The notes beneath the pieces are model-generated. The model was not told where the DNA came from. It ran no database searches and saw only the letters and a list, made by a program, of their open reading frames with translations. 64,000 bases of DNA from Actinomycetota bacterium. GTDB lineage: Bacteria; Actinomycetota; Actinomycetes; Mycobacteriales; SCTD01. The translations under genes and the position numbers were made by a program. Position 1 is the first letter of the stretch; each line of letters opens with the position of its first letter. Location of the stretch: NCBI GenBank assembly GCA_019348355.1, contig JAHWJP010000001.1:12752-76751 (forward strand), given 5' to 3'. This document shows positions 31,017 through 41,473 of this stretch, in pieces.

Positions 31017-32062
31017 GGGGAGCGCCGCCGGCCGGTCGTGCGCTGGCCCACCTGCGGTGTGCGGGCGGTGTCGACCAGCTCGGCGTCGTAGCGCGCGTAG
31101 GCATCAACGATCCGGCCGACCAGCTTGTGACGTACGACGTCGACGCTGGTGAGAGTCGAGAAGTGCACGTCCTCGATGCCGTCGAGGATGTCGCGCACGA
31201 CCCGCAACCCGCTGGTCGTCCCCGAGGGCAGGTCGACCTGGGTGACGTCGCCGGTGACGACGATCCGGCTCCCGAAGCCGAGCCGGGTGAGGAACATCTT
31301 CATCTGCTCGGCGGAGGTGTTCTGCGCCTCGTCGAGGATGATGAACGCGTCGTTCAGAGTCCGGCCGCGCATGTACGCCAGCGGCGCCACCTCGATGGTG
31401 CCCGCCGCCATGAGGCGGGGGATCGACTCGGGGTCGAGCATGTCGTGCAGGGCGTCGTACAGCGGTCGGAGGTAGGGGTCGATCTTGTCGTAGAGCGTGC
31501 CGGGCAGGAAGCCCAGCCGCTCGCCCGCCTCGACGGCCGGGCGGGTCAGGATGATGCGGTTGACCTGCTTGGCCTGCAGCGCCTGCACGGCCTTGGCCAT
31601 CGCGAGGTAGGTCTTGCCGGTGCCGGCCGGGCCGATCCCGAACACGATCGTGTGCTTGTCGATCGCCTCGACGTAGCGCTTCTGGTTGAGCGTCTTCGGG
31701 CGGATCGTCCGGCCGCGACCGGACAGGATCGACAGGGTCAGCACCTCGGCGGGGGCCGATCCGTCGGCCTGCCGCAGCAGGGCGAGGCTGCGCTCCACCG
31801 CCTCGGCGGTCAGCAGCTCCCCCGTCGCGAGCAGCGCGAGCAGCTGCTCGAACAACAGGACCCCCAGGGCGTTGTCCCTCGCCGAGCCGGTCAGGGTGAT
31901 CTCGTTGCCGCGGACGTGGACGTCACTGGTCAGGACGCGCTCGACGGTGCGCAGCACCTCGTCCCGGCTGCCCAGCAGAGCCACCATCGACTGCTCCGGC
32001 GGGACGATGATCTTGCTGACGACGCGCTCTACCGCTGCGGAGGTGCGAGGGGTCTGGGGCAT
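31013..32062 (-). CDS. phoH: PhoH-family ATPase
   Basis: [38 protein letters not shown]. Confidence 0.95.
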   Translation of the reverse strand: MPQTPRTSAAVERVVSKIIVPPEQSMVALLGSRDEVLRTVERVLTSDVHVRGNEITLTGSARDNALGVLLFEQLLALLATGELLTAEAVERSLALLRQADGSAPAEVLTLSILSGRGRTIRPKTLNQKRYVEAIDKHTIVFGIGPAGTGKTYLAMAKAVQALQAKQVNRIILTRPAVEAGERLGFLPGTLYDKIDPYLRPLYDALHDMLDPESIPRLMAAGTIEVAPLAYMRGRTLNDAFIILDEAQNTSAEQMKMFLTRLGFGSRIVVTGDVTQVDLPSGTTSGLRVVRDILDGIEDVHFSTLTSVDVVRHKLVGRIVDAYARYDAELVDTARTPQVGQRTTGRRRSP

Positions 32063-32127
32063 GAGGTCGGCGGTCGCCTGCTCTCTGGGGAAGACGCTCT
32101 GACGGACCGATTCTACCGCGCGGCGGG

Positions 32128-32466
32128 TCAGCCGAGTGGCCCGAGCGGCTGCCCGCCGAGCACGTGCACATGCGCGTGGGACACGGTCTGTCCGGCGTCG
32201 TCCCCCGTATTGGTCAGCAGGCGGTAGCCGCCGGTCAGCGCCTCCTTGTCGGCCACCGCCACCGCAGCCGTCATGAGTTCGGCGAGCAACGCCGGATCGG
32301 CGGCCGCCAGCGAGCCGACATCGAGGTGGTGGTCGCGCGGGATGACGAGCACATGGGTCGGCGCCTGCGGGGCGATGTCGCGGAAGGCGAGGGTGCGCGA
32401 GGTCTCGTGCACCACCGTGGCCGGGATCTCCGTCGCGGCGATGCGACAGAAAAGGCAGTCGCTCAT
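32128..32466 (-). CDS. HIT-family nucleotide-binding protein
   Basis: CLFCRI, DIAPQAPTHVLVIP, GQTVSHAHVHVLGG. Confidence 0.93.
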   Translation of the reverse strand: MSDCLFCRIAATEIPATVVHETSRTLAFRDIAPQAPTHVLVIPRDHHLDVGSLAAADPALLAELMTAAVAVADKEALTGGYRLLTNTGDDAGQTVSHAHVHVLGGQPLGPLG

Positions 32467-33068
32467 TCGCGCTGCCGGGTGAGGAACAGGCCGGCGATGC
32501 CGCCGGCGCCGAGCAGTACGGCCAGCATCATGGCCACGAGAGCGAGCAGCTCGCGGTTGGAGCGGCCGGCTGCACCTACGGCCTTCATGCCGGGCGGTGG
32601 CGACGCCTGGGGCGGCTCACCCGTCGGCCCGGCCACGGCCGGCTGCGACACCACCGGATCCACCGGTGACGGGCTGGACGGAGCCGGGACGAAGGTGGCG
32701 AATCCCGGGGACGACGGCTGCGGCGACGGGGAGGGGCTGCTCGGCGTCGGCGAGGTGAGGGGGGCGAGGCTCGGCTCGACCGACCGCACCGGCGTCGGCG
32801 ACGGCGACGGCACTGGGCTCGGGCTGGAGGGCAGATTCGGCAGCCGGCGCGTGGGGCTCGGCGAGGCGGACGGGGTGGGTCGAGGCGAAGCAACCGGGGA
32901 AGGTGACGAGGTCGGCGACGGTGAGCTCTGCGCCGCCGCGGTGCCGGCCGGCAGGACGACGGCGAGAAGCAGGACGACAACGAGGGCGGCGAGGCCGGTT
33001 CGGCTCGCGCGACGACGCCCTGTGCCGTCACCGACGCCCGGGTCAGCGTCGTGCACGAGAGCCGGCAT
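32463..33068 (-). CDS. Pro/Ser-rich membrane-anchored protein
   Basis: Signal-like segment, SP repeats, C-terminal TM; stop overlaps the HIT start (ATGA). Confidence 0.65.
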   Translation of the reverse strand: MPALVHDADPGVGDGTGRRRASRTGLAALVVVLLLAVVLPAGTAAAQSSPSPTSSPSPVASPRPTPSASPSPTRRLPNLPSSPSPVPSPSPTPVRSVEPSLAPLTSPTPSSPSPSPQPSSPGFATFVPAPSSPSPVDPVVSQPAVAGPTGEPPQASPPPGMKAVGAAGRSNRELLALVAMMLAVLLGAGGIAGLFLTRQRE

Positions 33069-33126
33069 CCGGCGATCGTAGGCCGGGACCGGCTTTTCGG
33101 GGGACGGCTCCGGGAAGGCTGCACGC

Positions 33127-33852
33127 TCACGACCACCGCACCGTCCGTGCGCTGACGACGGCGGCGGCGGCGGCCCCTGCCGTCGACGTCCGCAGGACGC
33201 TGCTCCCGAGCCGCACCGCCTGACCGCCCGCACCGGTCAGCTGTGCCAGCTCCCGGTCGGTGATACCCCCCTCGGGGCCGACGACCAGTAGCACCTCGCC
33301 GGCGGCCGGCAGGTCCAGCCCGGCCAGTGCGGCCGTTGCCTGCTCGTGGAGCACCAGCGTGGTCGTGCCAGTCATGCGGGCCAGGAGGTCCGGGGTGTCC
33401 ACCCAGCTGGTGACAACCGGATGCCGCGCCCGCCGCGACTGCTTGGCGGCCTCCCGGGCGGTCGAGCGCCAACGAGCCAGGGCACGTTCGCCGCGTACAC
33501 CTTCCCAGCGAACGATGCAGCGCTCGGCCGACCACGGCACCACCTCGTCGATGCCGACCTCGGTGGCCAGCTCGACCGCCTGCTCGCCCCGGTCGCCCTT
33601 GGCGAGGGCCTGCACGAGCACCAGGCGCGGTGCCGGCTCCGGCTCCAGTTGCCTTGACAGGACGCGAAGCTCGACGCAATCCTGTCCCAGGCCGGCCACC
33701 TCGCAGCGCGCCCGGGTGCCTCGCCCGTCGGCGAGGTCCACCGCTTCGCCGACCCGCACCCGGCGCACTGTCGCGGCGTGCCGGCCCTCCGGCCCGCGAA
33801 GGACGAGACGGTCACCGGACAGGTCGTCGTGCAGGAACAGCGGCGCCGTCAC
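33127..33852 (-). CDS. rsmE: 16S rRNA m3U1498 methyltransferase
   Basis: EGRHAATVRR, ATEVG, EAAKQSRR, VGPEGG, LRTSTAG. Confidence 0.95.
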   Translation of the reverse strand: MTAPLFLHDDLSGDRLVLRGPEGRHAATVRRVRVGEAVDLADGRGTRARCEVAGLGQDCVELRVLSRQLEPEPAPRLVLVQALAKGDRGEQAVELATEVGIDEVVPWSAERCIVRWEGVRGERALARWRSTAREAAKQSRRARHPVVTSWVDTPDLLARMTGTTTLVLHEQATAALAGLDLPAAGEVLLVVGPEGGITDRELAQLTGAGGQAVRLGSSVLRTSTAGAAAAAVVSARTVRWS

Positions 33853-33855
33853 GCC

Positions 33856-34965
33856 TCACCGCCGTCGACGGCCGAACAGCCCGTTGCTCTTGCCCGAGAC
33901 GCCGGGGCGCTCCTCACCGCGCAGCCGGGCGAGGTCGCGCAGCAGCTCCTCCTGCTTGGTGTCGAGCCTGGTCGCCACCTCGACCTGCAGGTGGACGTGG
34001 AGGTCGCCGCGGCCGGTCGCCTGCAGGTGCGGCACGCCACGGGCCCGCAGCGTCAGAACGGCCGCAGGCTGCGTGCCCGGCGCGATGTCGAGCTCCTCGT
34101 CGCCGTCGAGCGTCGTCAGCGGCACGCAGGTGCCGAGCGCGGCCGCGGTCATCGGCAGCGTCACCGTGCAGTGCAGGTCGTCACCGTCCCGCGTGAAGAC
34201 CGGGTGCGGCCGCTCGAGGACCTCGACGTAGAGGTCGCCGGGCGGACCGCCGCCGGGGCCGACCTCCCCTTCACCGGACAGGCGCAGCCGCAGCCCGGAC
34301 TCCATGCCGGCAGGCACTTTGACGTTGAGCGTACGGCGCGCGCGCACCCGTCCGTCGCCCTTGCACTCACCGCACGGGTGCTCGATCACCGACCCGACGC
34401 CGGCGCAGCGCGGACAGGCGCGCGTCGTCATGACCTGGCCGAGGAAGGACCGCTGGACCGACTGCACCTCGCCGCGGCCGTGGCAGGTGTCGCAGGTCGA
34501 CGGATGCGTGCCGGGCGTCGAGCCCTCACCGGTGCACGTCGAGCAGACGACGGCCGTCTCCACGGTCAGCTCGCGCTCGACCCCGAAAGCGACCTCGGCC
34601 AGGTCGCACTCGATGCGCAGCAATGCGTCTGCGCCCTGGCGGACGCGGCTGCGCGTCCCGCGGGTCGTGCCGCCACCGAAGAAGGCGTCCATGATGTCGC
34701 CGAGACCGCCGAACCCCTGGGGGAAAGGGTTCCCGGTGTTGCCCTGCCCGCTCGACAGGGGATCGCCGCCGAGGTCGACGATCTGCCGCTTCTGCGGGTC
34801 GCTCAGCACCTCGTAAGCGGCGGTGACCGCCTTGAACCGCTCCTGCGCCGCCGCATCGGGGTTGACGTCGGGGTGCAGCTCCCGGGCGAGCTTGCGGTAG
34901 GCCTTCTTCAGCTCGTCGTCGGTGGCGTCCTGCGCGACCCCGAGGGCGCCGTAGTAGTCGGTCAC
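33856..34965 (-). CDS. dnaJ: Chaperone DnaJ
   Basis: J-domain HPD; four CxxCxGxG repeats. Confidence 0.96.
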   Translation of the reverse strand: MTDYYGALGVAQDATDDELKKAYRKLARELHPDVNPDAAAQERFKAVTAAYEVLSDPQKRQIVDLGGDPLSSGQGNTGNPFPQGFGGLGDIMDAFFGGGTTRGTRSRVRQGADALLRIECDLAEVAFGVERELTVETAVVCSTCTGEGSTPGTHPSTCDTCHGRGEVQSVQRSFLGQVMTTRACPRCAGVGSVIEHPCGECKGDGRVRARRTLNVKVPAGMESGLRLRLSGEGEVGPGGGPPGDLYVEVLERPHPVFTRDGDDLHCTVTLPMTAAALGTCVPLTTLDGDEELDIAPGTQPAAVLTLRARGVPHLQATGRGDLHVHLQVEVATRLDTKQEELLRDLARLRGEERPGVSGKSNGLFGRRRR

Positions 34966-34966
34966 G

Positions 34967-35986
34967 TCAGGCCCCCGCCAACAGCTCGCCGACGTAGCGG
35001 GCGACGGCGCGTACAGAGCCCATGTTGCCGGCGTAGTCCATTCGGGTGGGGCCGACGACCCCGAGACCGCCGTAGGGGCTGCCGTCCGGGCCGTACCCCA
35101 TCGTCACGACGGAGGTGGACCGCAGTCCTTCCACGTTGTTCTCCTCACCGATCTTGACGTGCACGGCGCTCGGGTCGTTGACCTCACCGAGCAGCTTGAG
35201 CAGGACCACCTGCTCCTCCAAGGCCTCGAGCACGGGCCGCAGGGTCTGCGGGAAGTCCATGACATGGCGGGTGAGGTGGGCGGTGCCGCCGAGCACGATG
35301 CGCTCCTCGGGCTGGTCGACCAGCGTCTCGAGCACCACGGTCATGACGCTGGTCAGCACGGGCCGGATGGCGGTCGGCGCCGCGTCGGGCAGGTCAGCGA
35401 GCGCCGCCGGCGCGTCCACCAGTCGCGCGCCGTGCAGGCGGCTGCCGAAGGCCGACCGCAGCGAGGCCACCTCGTCGTCGTTCAGTGTCGCCGGGAGCTC
35501 GAGGACGCGCTGCTCGACCCGGCCGGTGTCGGTGATCAGCACCAGTAGCAGGCGGTTCGGCGCCAGGTGGACGATCTCGAGGTGGCGCACCGAACTGCGC
35601 GACAGGCTGGGGTACTGCACGACCGCCACCTGACGGGTCAGCTGGGACAGCAGGCGCACCGACCGGCGCACGACGTCGTCGAGGTCGACCGCGCCTTCGA
35701 GAAAGGACTGGATCGCGCGTCTCTCGGCGGGCGACAACGGCTTGACACTGGACAGTTTGTCGACGAACAGCCGGTAACCCTTGTCGGTCGGGATCCGGCC
35801 CGCGCTGGTGTGCGGGTGGGTGATGAAGCCCTCGTCCTCGAGCGCCGCCATGTCGTTGCGGACCGTGGCCGGGCTGACGCCGAGGCCGTGCCGCTGAGCC
35901 AGCGCCTTCGACCCCACCGGCTCGGTGGTCGACACGAAGTCCTCGACGATGGCGCGCAGCACCTCGAGCTTGCGGTCGTCGAGCAC
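34967..35986 (-). CDS. hrcA: Heat-inducible repressor HrcA
   Basis: [37 protein letters not shown]. Confidence 0.96.
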   Translation of the reverse strand: MLDDRKLEVLRAIVEDFVSTTEPVGSKALAQRHGLGVSPATVRNDMAALEDEGFITHPHTSAGRIPTDKGYRLFVDKLSSVKPLSPAERRAIQSFLEGAVDLDDVVRRSVRLLSQLTRQVAVVQYPSLSRSSVRHLEIVHLAPNRLLLVLITDTGRVEQRVLELPATLNDDEVASLRSAFGSRLHGARLVDAPAALADLPDAAPTAIRPVLTSVMTVVLETLVDQPEERIVLGGTAHLTRHVMDFPQTLRPVLEALEEQVVLLKLLGEVNDPSAVHVKIGEENNVEGLRSTSVVTMGYGPDGSPYGGLGVVGPTRMDYAGNMGSVRAVARYVGELLAGA

Positions 35987-35997
35987 TGCGTCACCTC

Positions 35998-36024
35998 CTG
36001 GCACTCCGGTTCGACGAGTGCCAA
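35998..36024. promoter_or_regulatory. CIRCE operator
   Basis: CTGGCACTC-N9-GAGTGCCAA between the TACACT -10 and the hrcA RBS. Confidence 0.93.
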
Positions 36025-36113
36025 GTGTACGGGCGGGAGGTGAACCGGGCCGCTGTCCAGTCGCCGCCGTACCCGGCCCGGCTCGGGTCGCCCTCCGCCC
36101 GGGCGGACCGTCC

Positions 36114-36195
36114 TGCACACATCGTGATCCACTTCCGTCACCTCGCACGCTCAGCAGTGCCTGTAGTGGCTGGCGCAACGATCACGACGTGTGCA
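36114..36195. repeat. REP/MITE-like palindromic element (family 2, copy 2)
   Basis: TGCACACATCGTGATC...GATCACGACGTGTGCA; 24/25 match to the reverse complement of copy 1's end. Confidence 0.75.
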
Positions 36196-36249
36196 TTCGT
36201 GACCAGCCGGCGGGACGCGCCGCGTCGACAACCTGATCGAGGGATCTCT

Positions 36250-36939
36250 CTAGCGGGCGAGCCGGAGCGCGAGCTCGCGTGACCGCGCCACGTAGCCCCC
36301 ACCGAACAGGACGGCGTGCACCAGCAGCGGGAACAGCTGCCACAGTTCGACCCGGTCCCGCCAGCCGTCGGCCAGCGGCGCGACCTCCTCGTAGGCCGCG
36401 AGGGTGCGGGCCGGCACGGTGCCGAACAGGGCGAGCATCGCGAGGTCGACCTCCCGGTGGCCGCCGTAGGCAGCCGGGTCGATGAGCCACGGGCGCCCGG
36501 CGCAGTCGGCCAGCACGTTGCCGGTCCACAGGTCGCCGTGCAGGCGGGCGGGCGGTTCCGTCGGCGCGTCGACGTGCACCCGCTCGACCTCCCGGCTCAA
36601 GCCGGCGCGGGCGGCCAACGGCATCAGTCGGTGCTCCATGTAGTAGGCGTTCCAGTCGTCGGCCTCCGGGGACGGCACCTCGCAGCGACCGACGAACAGC
36701 GGACCCGGCGCCGGAAGGGAGCCGAACCGCGGCGCGCCGGCGCGGTGCACCGTCGCCAGCATCCGCCCGAGCTCCGCCTCACCGTCGGCACTCAACCGCC
36801 CCGGATCGATCCGGCACAGCACCAGCCGCGTCGGCGACTCCTCGACGATCTCCGGCACGCGGGCGCCGGCCGCGGCCAGCCAACGCAGCCCAGCGGCCTC
36901 GAGCGGCGCCGGATCAGCCTTGACGAACGTCGAGCTCAT
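36250..36939 (-). CDS. Fructosamine kinase family protein
   Basis: EAAGLRWL, LHGDLWTGN, IDPAAYGGHREVDLAML, QLFPLLVH. Confidence 0.92.
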   Translation of the reverse strand: MSSTFVKADPAPLEAAGLRWLAAAGARVPEIVEESPTRLVLCRIDPGRLSADGEAELGRMLATVHRAGAPRFGSLPAPGPLFVGRCEVPSPEADDWNAYYMEHRLMPLAARAGLSREVERVHVDAPTEPPARLHGDLWTGNVLADCAGRPWLIDPAAYGGHREVDLAMLALFGTVPARTLAAYEEVAPLADGWRDRVELWQLFPLLVHAVLFGGGYVARSRELALRLAR

Positions 36940-37363
36940 CGAGCAGCTTTTCGCAGGCGTCGCTGACGAGGTCCAGCACCAGGTCGAACCCGTCCGTACC
37001 GAAGTAGGGATCGGGGACGTCGCGGTCGGCGAGCAGCCGGACCTTGTGCTCGGTTCCCTGCGGCGCGACGCGCAGCAGGTCGCGCACGTTCTGGGCGTCG
37101 GCGGCGAGCAGCAGGTCGAACTGCTCGAAGTCGCTCGGCGTGACCTGGCGCGCGGCGCCGGTCAGCGTCAGGCTGCGACGGGTCGCCGCCTCGCACGAGC
37201 GCGGGTCGGGCGCGGCGCCGGCATGCCAGCCACCGGTGCCGGCGCTGTCGACCTCGACCCGGTCCTCGAGGCCACGCTCGGCGATCAGCGCGCGCATGAC
37301 GGCTTCAGCCGTCGGGGAGCGGCAGATGTTGCCCAGGCAGACGAACAGCAGGCGGGTCGGCAC
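36914..37363 (-). CDS. Low-molecular-weight protein-tyrosine phosphatase
   Basis: FVCLGNICRS, DSAGT, VPDPY. Confidence 0.95.
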   Translation of the reverse strand: MPTRLLFVCLGNICRSPTAEAVMRALIAERGLEDRVEVDSAGTGGWHAGAAPDPRSCEAATRRSLTLTGAARQVTPSDFEQFDLLLAADAQNVRDLLRVAPQGTEHKVRLLADRDVPDPYFGTDGFDLVLDLVSDACEKLLDELDVRQG

Positions 37364-37392
37364 GCCTCCATCATGGCCCGGCGCCGGTCCCC

Positions 37393-37450
37393 CTTGCGGT
37401 GACCTGCTGGGCCGACACGCTCGGCGTGTCGGCATGCACGTCACCGCAAG
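37393..37450. repeat. 58-bp palindrome (REP-like or terminator)
   Basis: CTTGCGGTGAC/GTCACCGCAAG outer arms; GCCGACACGC-TCG-GCGTGTCGGC inner stem. Confidence 0.8.
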
Positions 37451-37472
37451 AGCCCCGGGGGGCGCGACCCGC

Positions 37473-38972
37473 CTAGGCGCTGCGGGCCGCCCGCGGGTTG
37501 CGCCCAGCGTAGGTCGACGAACCGCTGGTCGGCCGGCCACCGGAAGCACCCGGGCGCCGGCTGGGACGGCGGTCTCCCTGCGGACGCGGGACGTACGGCG
37601 CCCGCGGGGCCACGACGATCGGCTCCCCCGACTCGGCGAGCTCACGGACCGCGGGGTGTCCGGTGACGACGCTGATGGCGCTGGCCTCGACGCCGGCGCG
37701 CTCGCGCAGTCGCTGGTGCTCGCGCACCTGATCGCTGGTGATGAACGACAGCACCGTGCCGCTCGCGCCGGCGCGCGCGGTGCGGCCGGAGCGGTGCAGG
37801 TAGTCCTTGTGGTCGGCCGGCGGGTCGTAGTGCACGACGAGGTCGACGTCGTCGACGTGGATGCCACGGGCCGCGACATCGGTGGCGACGAGGACCCGGG
37901 CGTGGCCGGTCGTGAAGTTCTCCAGGGCGCGCTTGCGGGCATTCTGGGTGAGATTTCCGTGGATGGCCCCCGCCTCCACGCCGACCTTACGCAGCTGCAG
38001 GGCGAGCCGGTCGGCGCCGTGCTTGGTGCGGACGAAGATCAGCGTCCGGCCGGGTCGGGCGGCGATCTCGGCGGTGATGTCGGCCTTGGCGGCGTGCTGC
38101 ACCGCGTAGACCCGGTGGTCCATCGTCGTGATCGTCGAGTCGGCGCTCGCGACCGCGTGGACAGCCGGGTCCTTGAGGTAGGACCGGACCAGCTTGTCGA
38201 CGCCGCGGTCCAGGGTCGCCGAGAACAGCAGCCGCTGGGCGTCCGGCGGCGTCATGTCCAGCAGCGCGGTGACGGCCGGCATGAAGCCCAGGTCGGCCAT
38301 GTGGTCGGCTTCGTCGAGCACGGTGATCGAGACGCCGGCCAGGGTGCACTCGCGCTGCTCGATGAGGTCCTGCAGCCGGCCCGGGGTGGCGACGACGACG
38401 TCGATCCCGCGGCGCAGCTGGTCGATCTGGCGGCTCATCGAGGCGCCGCCGTAGACCGCGTTGACCTTGAGGTCGAGGGCCTGCGCCAGCGGCGCGAGAG
38501 CGTCGTGCACCTGCTGCGCCAGCTCACGGGTCGGGACGAGGACCAGGCCCCGCGGCGCGCCGTTGACGCGCTGCCCCCCGACGAGCCGGGTGAGCATCGG
38601 CAAGCCGAACGCCAGAGTCTTGCCCGAGCCGGTGGCACCGCGACCGAGCACGTCCCGGCCGGTCAGCGCGTCTGGGATGGAGCGGGTCTGGATGGCGAAC
38701 GGGGCGTGCAGATCCCGCCGGGCGAGAGCGCCGACGAGCTTGTTGGGCAGGCCGAGCGAGGCAAAAGTTGCGCTCGGGGAGCCGGTTTCGGCGGCGGCCG
38801 CGTCGGCGGCCGCGTCGAGGGCCAGCTCGAGGTCGGACCGGACCGGCGGGGAGGCTGGGCGGGTCGAGCCCGACGGGCGGCGGGACTGGCCGCGGTAGCC
38901 AGAGCTGCGACCGGATGCGGACGAGCCTCGGGACGGGGAGGAGGGGCGAAAGGACGTGGGACGGCCTGACAT
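37473..38972 (-). CDS. DEAD-box RNA helicase
   Basis: ATGSGKT, PTRELA, TPGR, DEAD, SAT, ARGI, HRSGRTAR. Confidence 0.96.
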   Translation of the reverse strand: MSGRPTSFRPSSPSRGSSASGRSSGYRGQSRRPSGSTRPASPPVRSDLELALDAAADAAAAETGSPSATFASLGLPNKLVGALARRDLHAPFAIQTRSIPDALTGRDVLGRGATGSGKTLAFGLPMLTRLVGGQRVNGAPRGLVLVPTRELAQQVHDALAPLAQALDLKVNAVYGGASMSRQIDQLRRGIDVVVATPGRLQDLIEQRECTLAGVSITVLDEADHMADLGFMPAVTALLDMTPPDAQRLLFSATLDRGVDKLVRSYLKDPAVHAVASADSTITTMDHRVYAVQHAAKADITAEIAARPGRTLIFVRTKHGADRLALQLRKVGVEAGAIHGNLTQNARKRALENFTTGHARVLVATDVAARGIHVDDVDLVVHYDPPADHKDYLHRSGRTARAGASGTVLSFITSDQVREHQRLRERAGVEASAISVVTGHPAVRELAESGEPIVVAPRAPYVPRPQGDRRPSRRPGASGGRPTSGSSTYAGRNPRAARSA

Positions 38973-39207
38973 GAAGAGGAACAACTCCGTTGCTGTGTCT
39001 CGTAGGCCGCGGACATGCATGCGGCGGCGCTCCCGCGAGCGGGAGGAAGCACGACACACGATGCGACCAGCGGGCGGCTTGCCCGCGAAGTGACGGCCGG
39101 ATCGTTGTGACCAGAACGTCTGAGTACGCCCCACTCTACGCGGTCGACTGCATCGGCGGGTCGCACGAGCTTGTGGCGTGTGCCACCTGAGCCCTTAGGC
39201 TCCGGGC

Positions 39208-39687
39208 ATGACCGAGCCCGGACAGCCCCCTCCCTGGAACCAGCCGCCGCCGTACGGCTCGCCTCCCCCGCCCTACGGCGTGCCGCCGCAGGGCTATGGC
39301 GTGGAGGGTTACGGGACGCCGCCGCAGGGGTACGGCCCGCCGCCGCAGGGCTACGGGCCGCCACCGGGGCAGAACGAGGACCCGGTCTGGGCGATCCTCG
39401 CGCACCTGTCGATCTTCGTCTTCGCCCTGCTCGGCCCGCTCATCATCTACCTGATCTACAGGGACAGCTCGCCGCTCACCCGGCACCACGCAGCCGAGGC
39501 GCTGAACTTCCACATCACCCTGACCATCGCCACGATCGTGTCGATCCCGCTCGTCTTCTTGTTCATCGGCATCCCGTTGGTCTTCGCCATCATCATCGGC
39601 GGCATCGTGTTCGGGATCATCGCCGCCGTGGCGGCGAGCCGGCGCGAGCCCTACCGCTACCCGTTGACCATCCGCTTCGTGTCGTAG
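39208..39687 (+). CDS. DUF4870 (Tic20-like) membrane protein
   Basis: GYGPPPQ repeats; WAILAHLS, EALNFHIT, YRYPLTIRF. Confidence 0.88.
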   Translation: MTEPGQPPPWNQPPPYGSPPPPYGVPPQGYGVEGYGTPPQGYGPPPQGYGPPPGQNEDPVWAILAHLSIFVFALLGPLIIYLIYRDSSPLTRHHAAEALNFHITLTIATIVSIPLVFLFIGIPLVFAIIIGGIVFGIIAAVAASRREPYRYPLTIRFVS

Positions 39688-39690
39688 CGG

Positions 39691-40131
39691 TCAGCGCACC
39701 AGCTCGCTGGGGACGAGCCTCACCGGGTAGGGCCGCTCCGTGTCGTACGACTCGTCGCCGGTGACCACGGCGGTCTCGGCGTAGGCACCGTCGCGCAGCT
39801 CGAGCACCGTCACCGACGGCGTCAACGGGTCGACCAGCCAGAACGACGGGACGCCACCCTGCTCGAAGACGTGATGCTTGAGCGTGCGGTCGGTGGCCCT
39901 CGTGCTCGGGGACAGGATCTCGACGACGAGGAACGGACGACGATCCGGCAGGCTGCGGTCCTTGGGCAGCACGACGAGATCCGGCTGGAGCTGCCGCCGC
40001 GGGCTGAAGCGGACGTCGAACGGCGCGACCAGCTCGTAGCGCAGGCCGTCATCGGGGAAGGCGTCCAAATCGTCCGCTGTCCAGCCACCCTCGGGTGCGG
40101 TCAGGAATGAGGTCACGGTCACAGCTGTCAT
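39691..40131 (-). CDS. Uma2 (DUF820) endonuclease with an internal in-frame deletion, possible pseudogene
   Basis: WTADDL...RYELV joined directly to APFDV; QPDL, LVVEILSPST, FWLVDP. Confidence 0.8.
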   Translation of the reverse strand: MTAVTVTSFLTAPEGGWTADDLDAFPDDGLRYELVAPFDVRFSPRRQLQPDLVVLPKDRSLPDRRPFLVVEILSPSTRATDRTLKHHVFEQGGVPSFWLVDPLTPSVTVLELRDGAYAETAVVTGDESYDTERPYPVRLVPSELVR

Positions 40132-40204
40132 GGTGCTCCTCCGGCTCGGTCATGTCGACCAGCGTGCCGCTGCATTCGACTGCGAGGCACCTCGAGTGTC
40201 CTCG

Positions 40205-40234
40205 CCGTGGACGGGCGAGCCAGCCTGTGGACGG
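40205..40234. promoter_or_regulatory. Tandem YTGTGGACGG-type boxes (20-bp period) upstream of Uma2
   Basis: CCGTGGACGG-N10-CTGTGGACGG; 26/30 identical to 51097-51126. Confidence 0.7.
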
Positions 40235-40245
40235 CGCCGTGCGAC

Positions 40246-41448
40246 TCAGTCCACGAGGTCGCGCACGACCGCGTCGGCGAGCAGCCGCCCGCGCAGCGTC
40301 AGCACGGCCCGGCCGGCCGCATGTGCTTCCGGCTCGAGCAGCCCACCCTCGACGTGGCGGACTGCGGCGGCCAGCCCAGCGGCGTGCAGGAGCCTCAGCG
40401 GCAGCCCGTCGCGCAGCCGCACCTCCAGCAGGATCCGTTCGACGCGGCGATCCTCGGCGCCCAGCTGCTCACGGCCCGCACCCGGCGAGTGCCCGGCGGC
40501 GAGCCGGTCGGCGTAGGCCTGCGGATGCCGCACGTTCCACCAGCGCATCCCGCCGACGTGGCTGTGCGCCCCCGGGCCGACTCCCCACCAGTCGGCTCCG
40601 CGCCAGTAGCCCAGGTTGTGCCGGCAGGGTTCGCCCCAGTTGCTCACCTCGTACCAGCCAAGATCTGAAAGCGCCTGTTCGGCAAGCAGATACCGGTCCG
40701 CGAGCACGTCGTCATCCGGTGCGGGGAGCAGTCCGCGCGCGACCTGCCGGCCCAGCCGGGTGCCGTCCTCGACGATCAGAGAGTACGCGGACACGTGCGT
40801 CGGGCCTGTGATCAGCGCGGCCTCGAGCGAGGCGCGCCAATCGTCGTCGCTCTCGCCGGGGGCGCCGTAGATGAGGTCCAGGCTGACCTGCTCGAAGCCG
40901 GCCGAGAACGCCTCCTTCGCCGCCTGCTGCGGGCGGCCGGCGGTGTGCGTGCGGTCCAGGACCCGCAGCACGGAGGGCACCGCGGACTGCATGCCGAACG
41001 ACACCCGGGTGAAGCCGGCCTGCCGCAGCTCGGCGAGGCAGCGCTCGTCCACCGAGTCGGGGTTGGCCTCGGTCGTCACCTCGGCCTCCGGAGCCAGGCC
41101 GAACTCGGCCCGCACCGCCGACAGCAGCCGGGCGAGATCCGCGGCCGGCAGCAGGGTGGGCGTCCCCCCACCGACGAACACCGTGTCGACCTGCGGGCAG
41201 GCCTGTCCCAGCACCGACCGGGCGAAGCGCAGCTCGGCGAGCGCCATGTCGGCGTATCCCGCCTGCAGCGCGCCTCCACCGAGCTCGGCCCCGAGATAGG
41301 TGTTGAAGTCGCAGTAGCCGCAGCGGGTGGCGCAGAAGGGCACGTGCAGGTAGAGGCCGAACGGGCGCTTCCCGAGTCCGTCCAGCGCGACGGTCGGCAA
41401 GGCGCCGGAGGTCGGCACGGCTTCGCCATCGGGTAGGGCGCTGGGCAC
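40246..41448 (-). CDS. hemW: Radical SAM heme chaperone HemW
   Basis: YLHVPFCATRCGYCDFNT, GGGTPT, EANP, DLIYG, YEVSN. Confidence 0.93.
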   Translation of the reverse strand: MPSALPDGEAVPTSGALPTVALDGLGKRPFGLYLHVPFCATRCGYCDFNTYLGAELGGGALQAGYADMALAELRFARSVLGQACPQVDTVFVGGGTPTLLPAADLARLLSAVRAEFGLAPEAEVTTEANPDSVDERCLAELRQAGFTRVSFGMQSAVPSVLRVLDRTHTAGRPQQAAKEAFSAGFEQVSLDLIYGAPGESDDDWRASLEAALITGPTHVSAYSLIVEDGTRLGRQVARGLLPAPDDDVLADRYLLAEQALSDLGWYEVSNWGEPCRHNLGYWRGADWWGVGPGAHSHVGGMRWWNVRHPQAYADRLAAGHSPGAGREQLGAEDRRVERILLEVRLRDGLPLRLLHAAGLAAAVRHVEGGLLEPEAHAAGRAVLTLRGRLLADAVVRDLVD

Positions 41449-41473
41449 CGGCCCAGTCTGCGCTACGCAGGCA

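Noticed and set aside
38973..39207. Long leader of the DEAD-box helicase as a riboswitch
   Set aside because: No recognisable riboswitch consensus; an Rfam scan would be needed
39240..39370. Short direct repeats (CCGCCGCAGGG...TACGG)
   Set aside because: They encode GYGPPPQ peptide repeats; not a CRISPR array. No CRISPR array or cas gene was seen in the window
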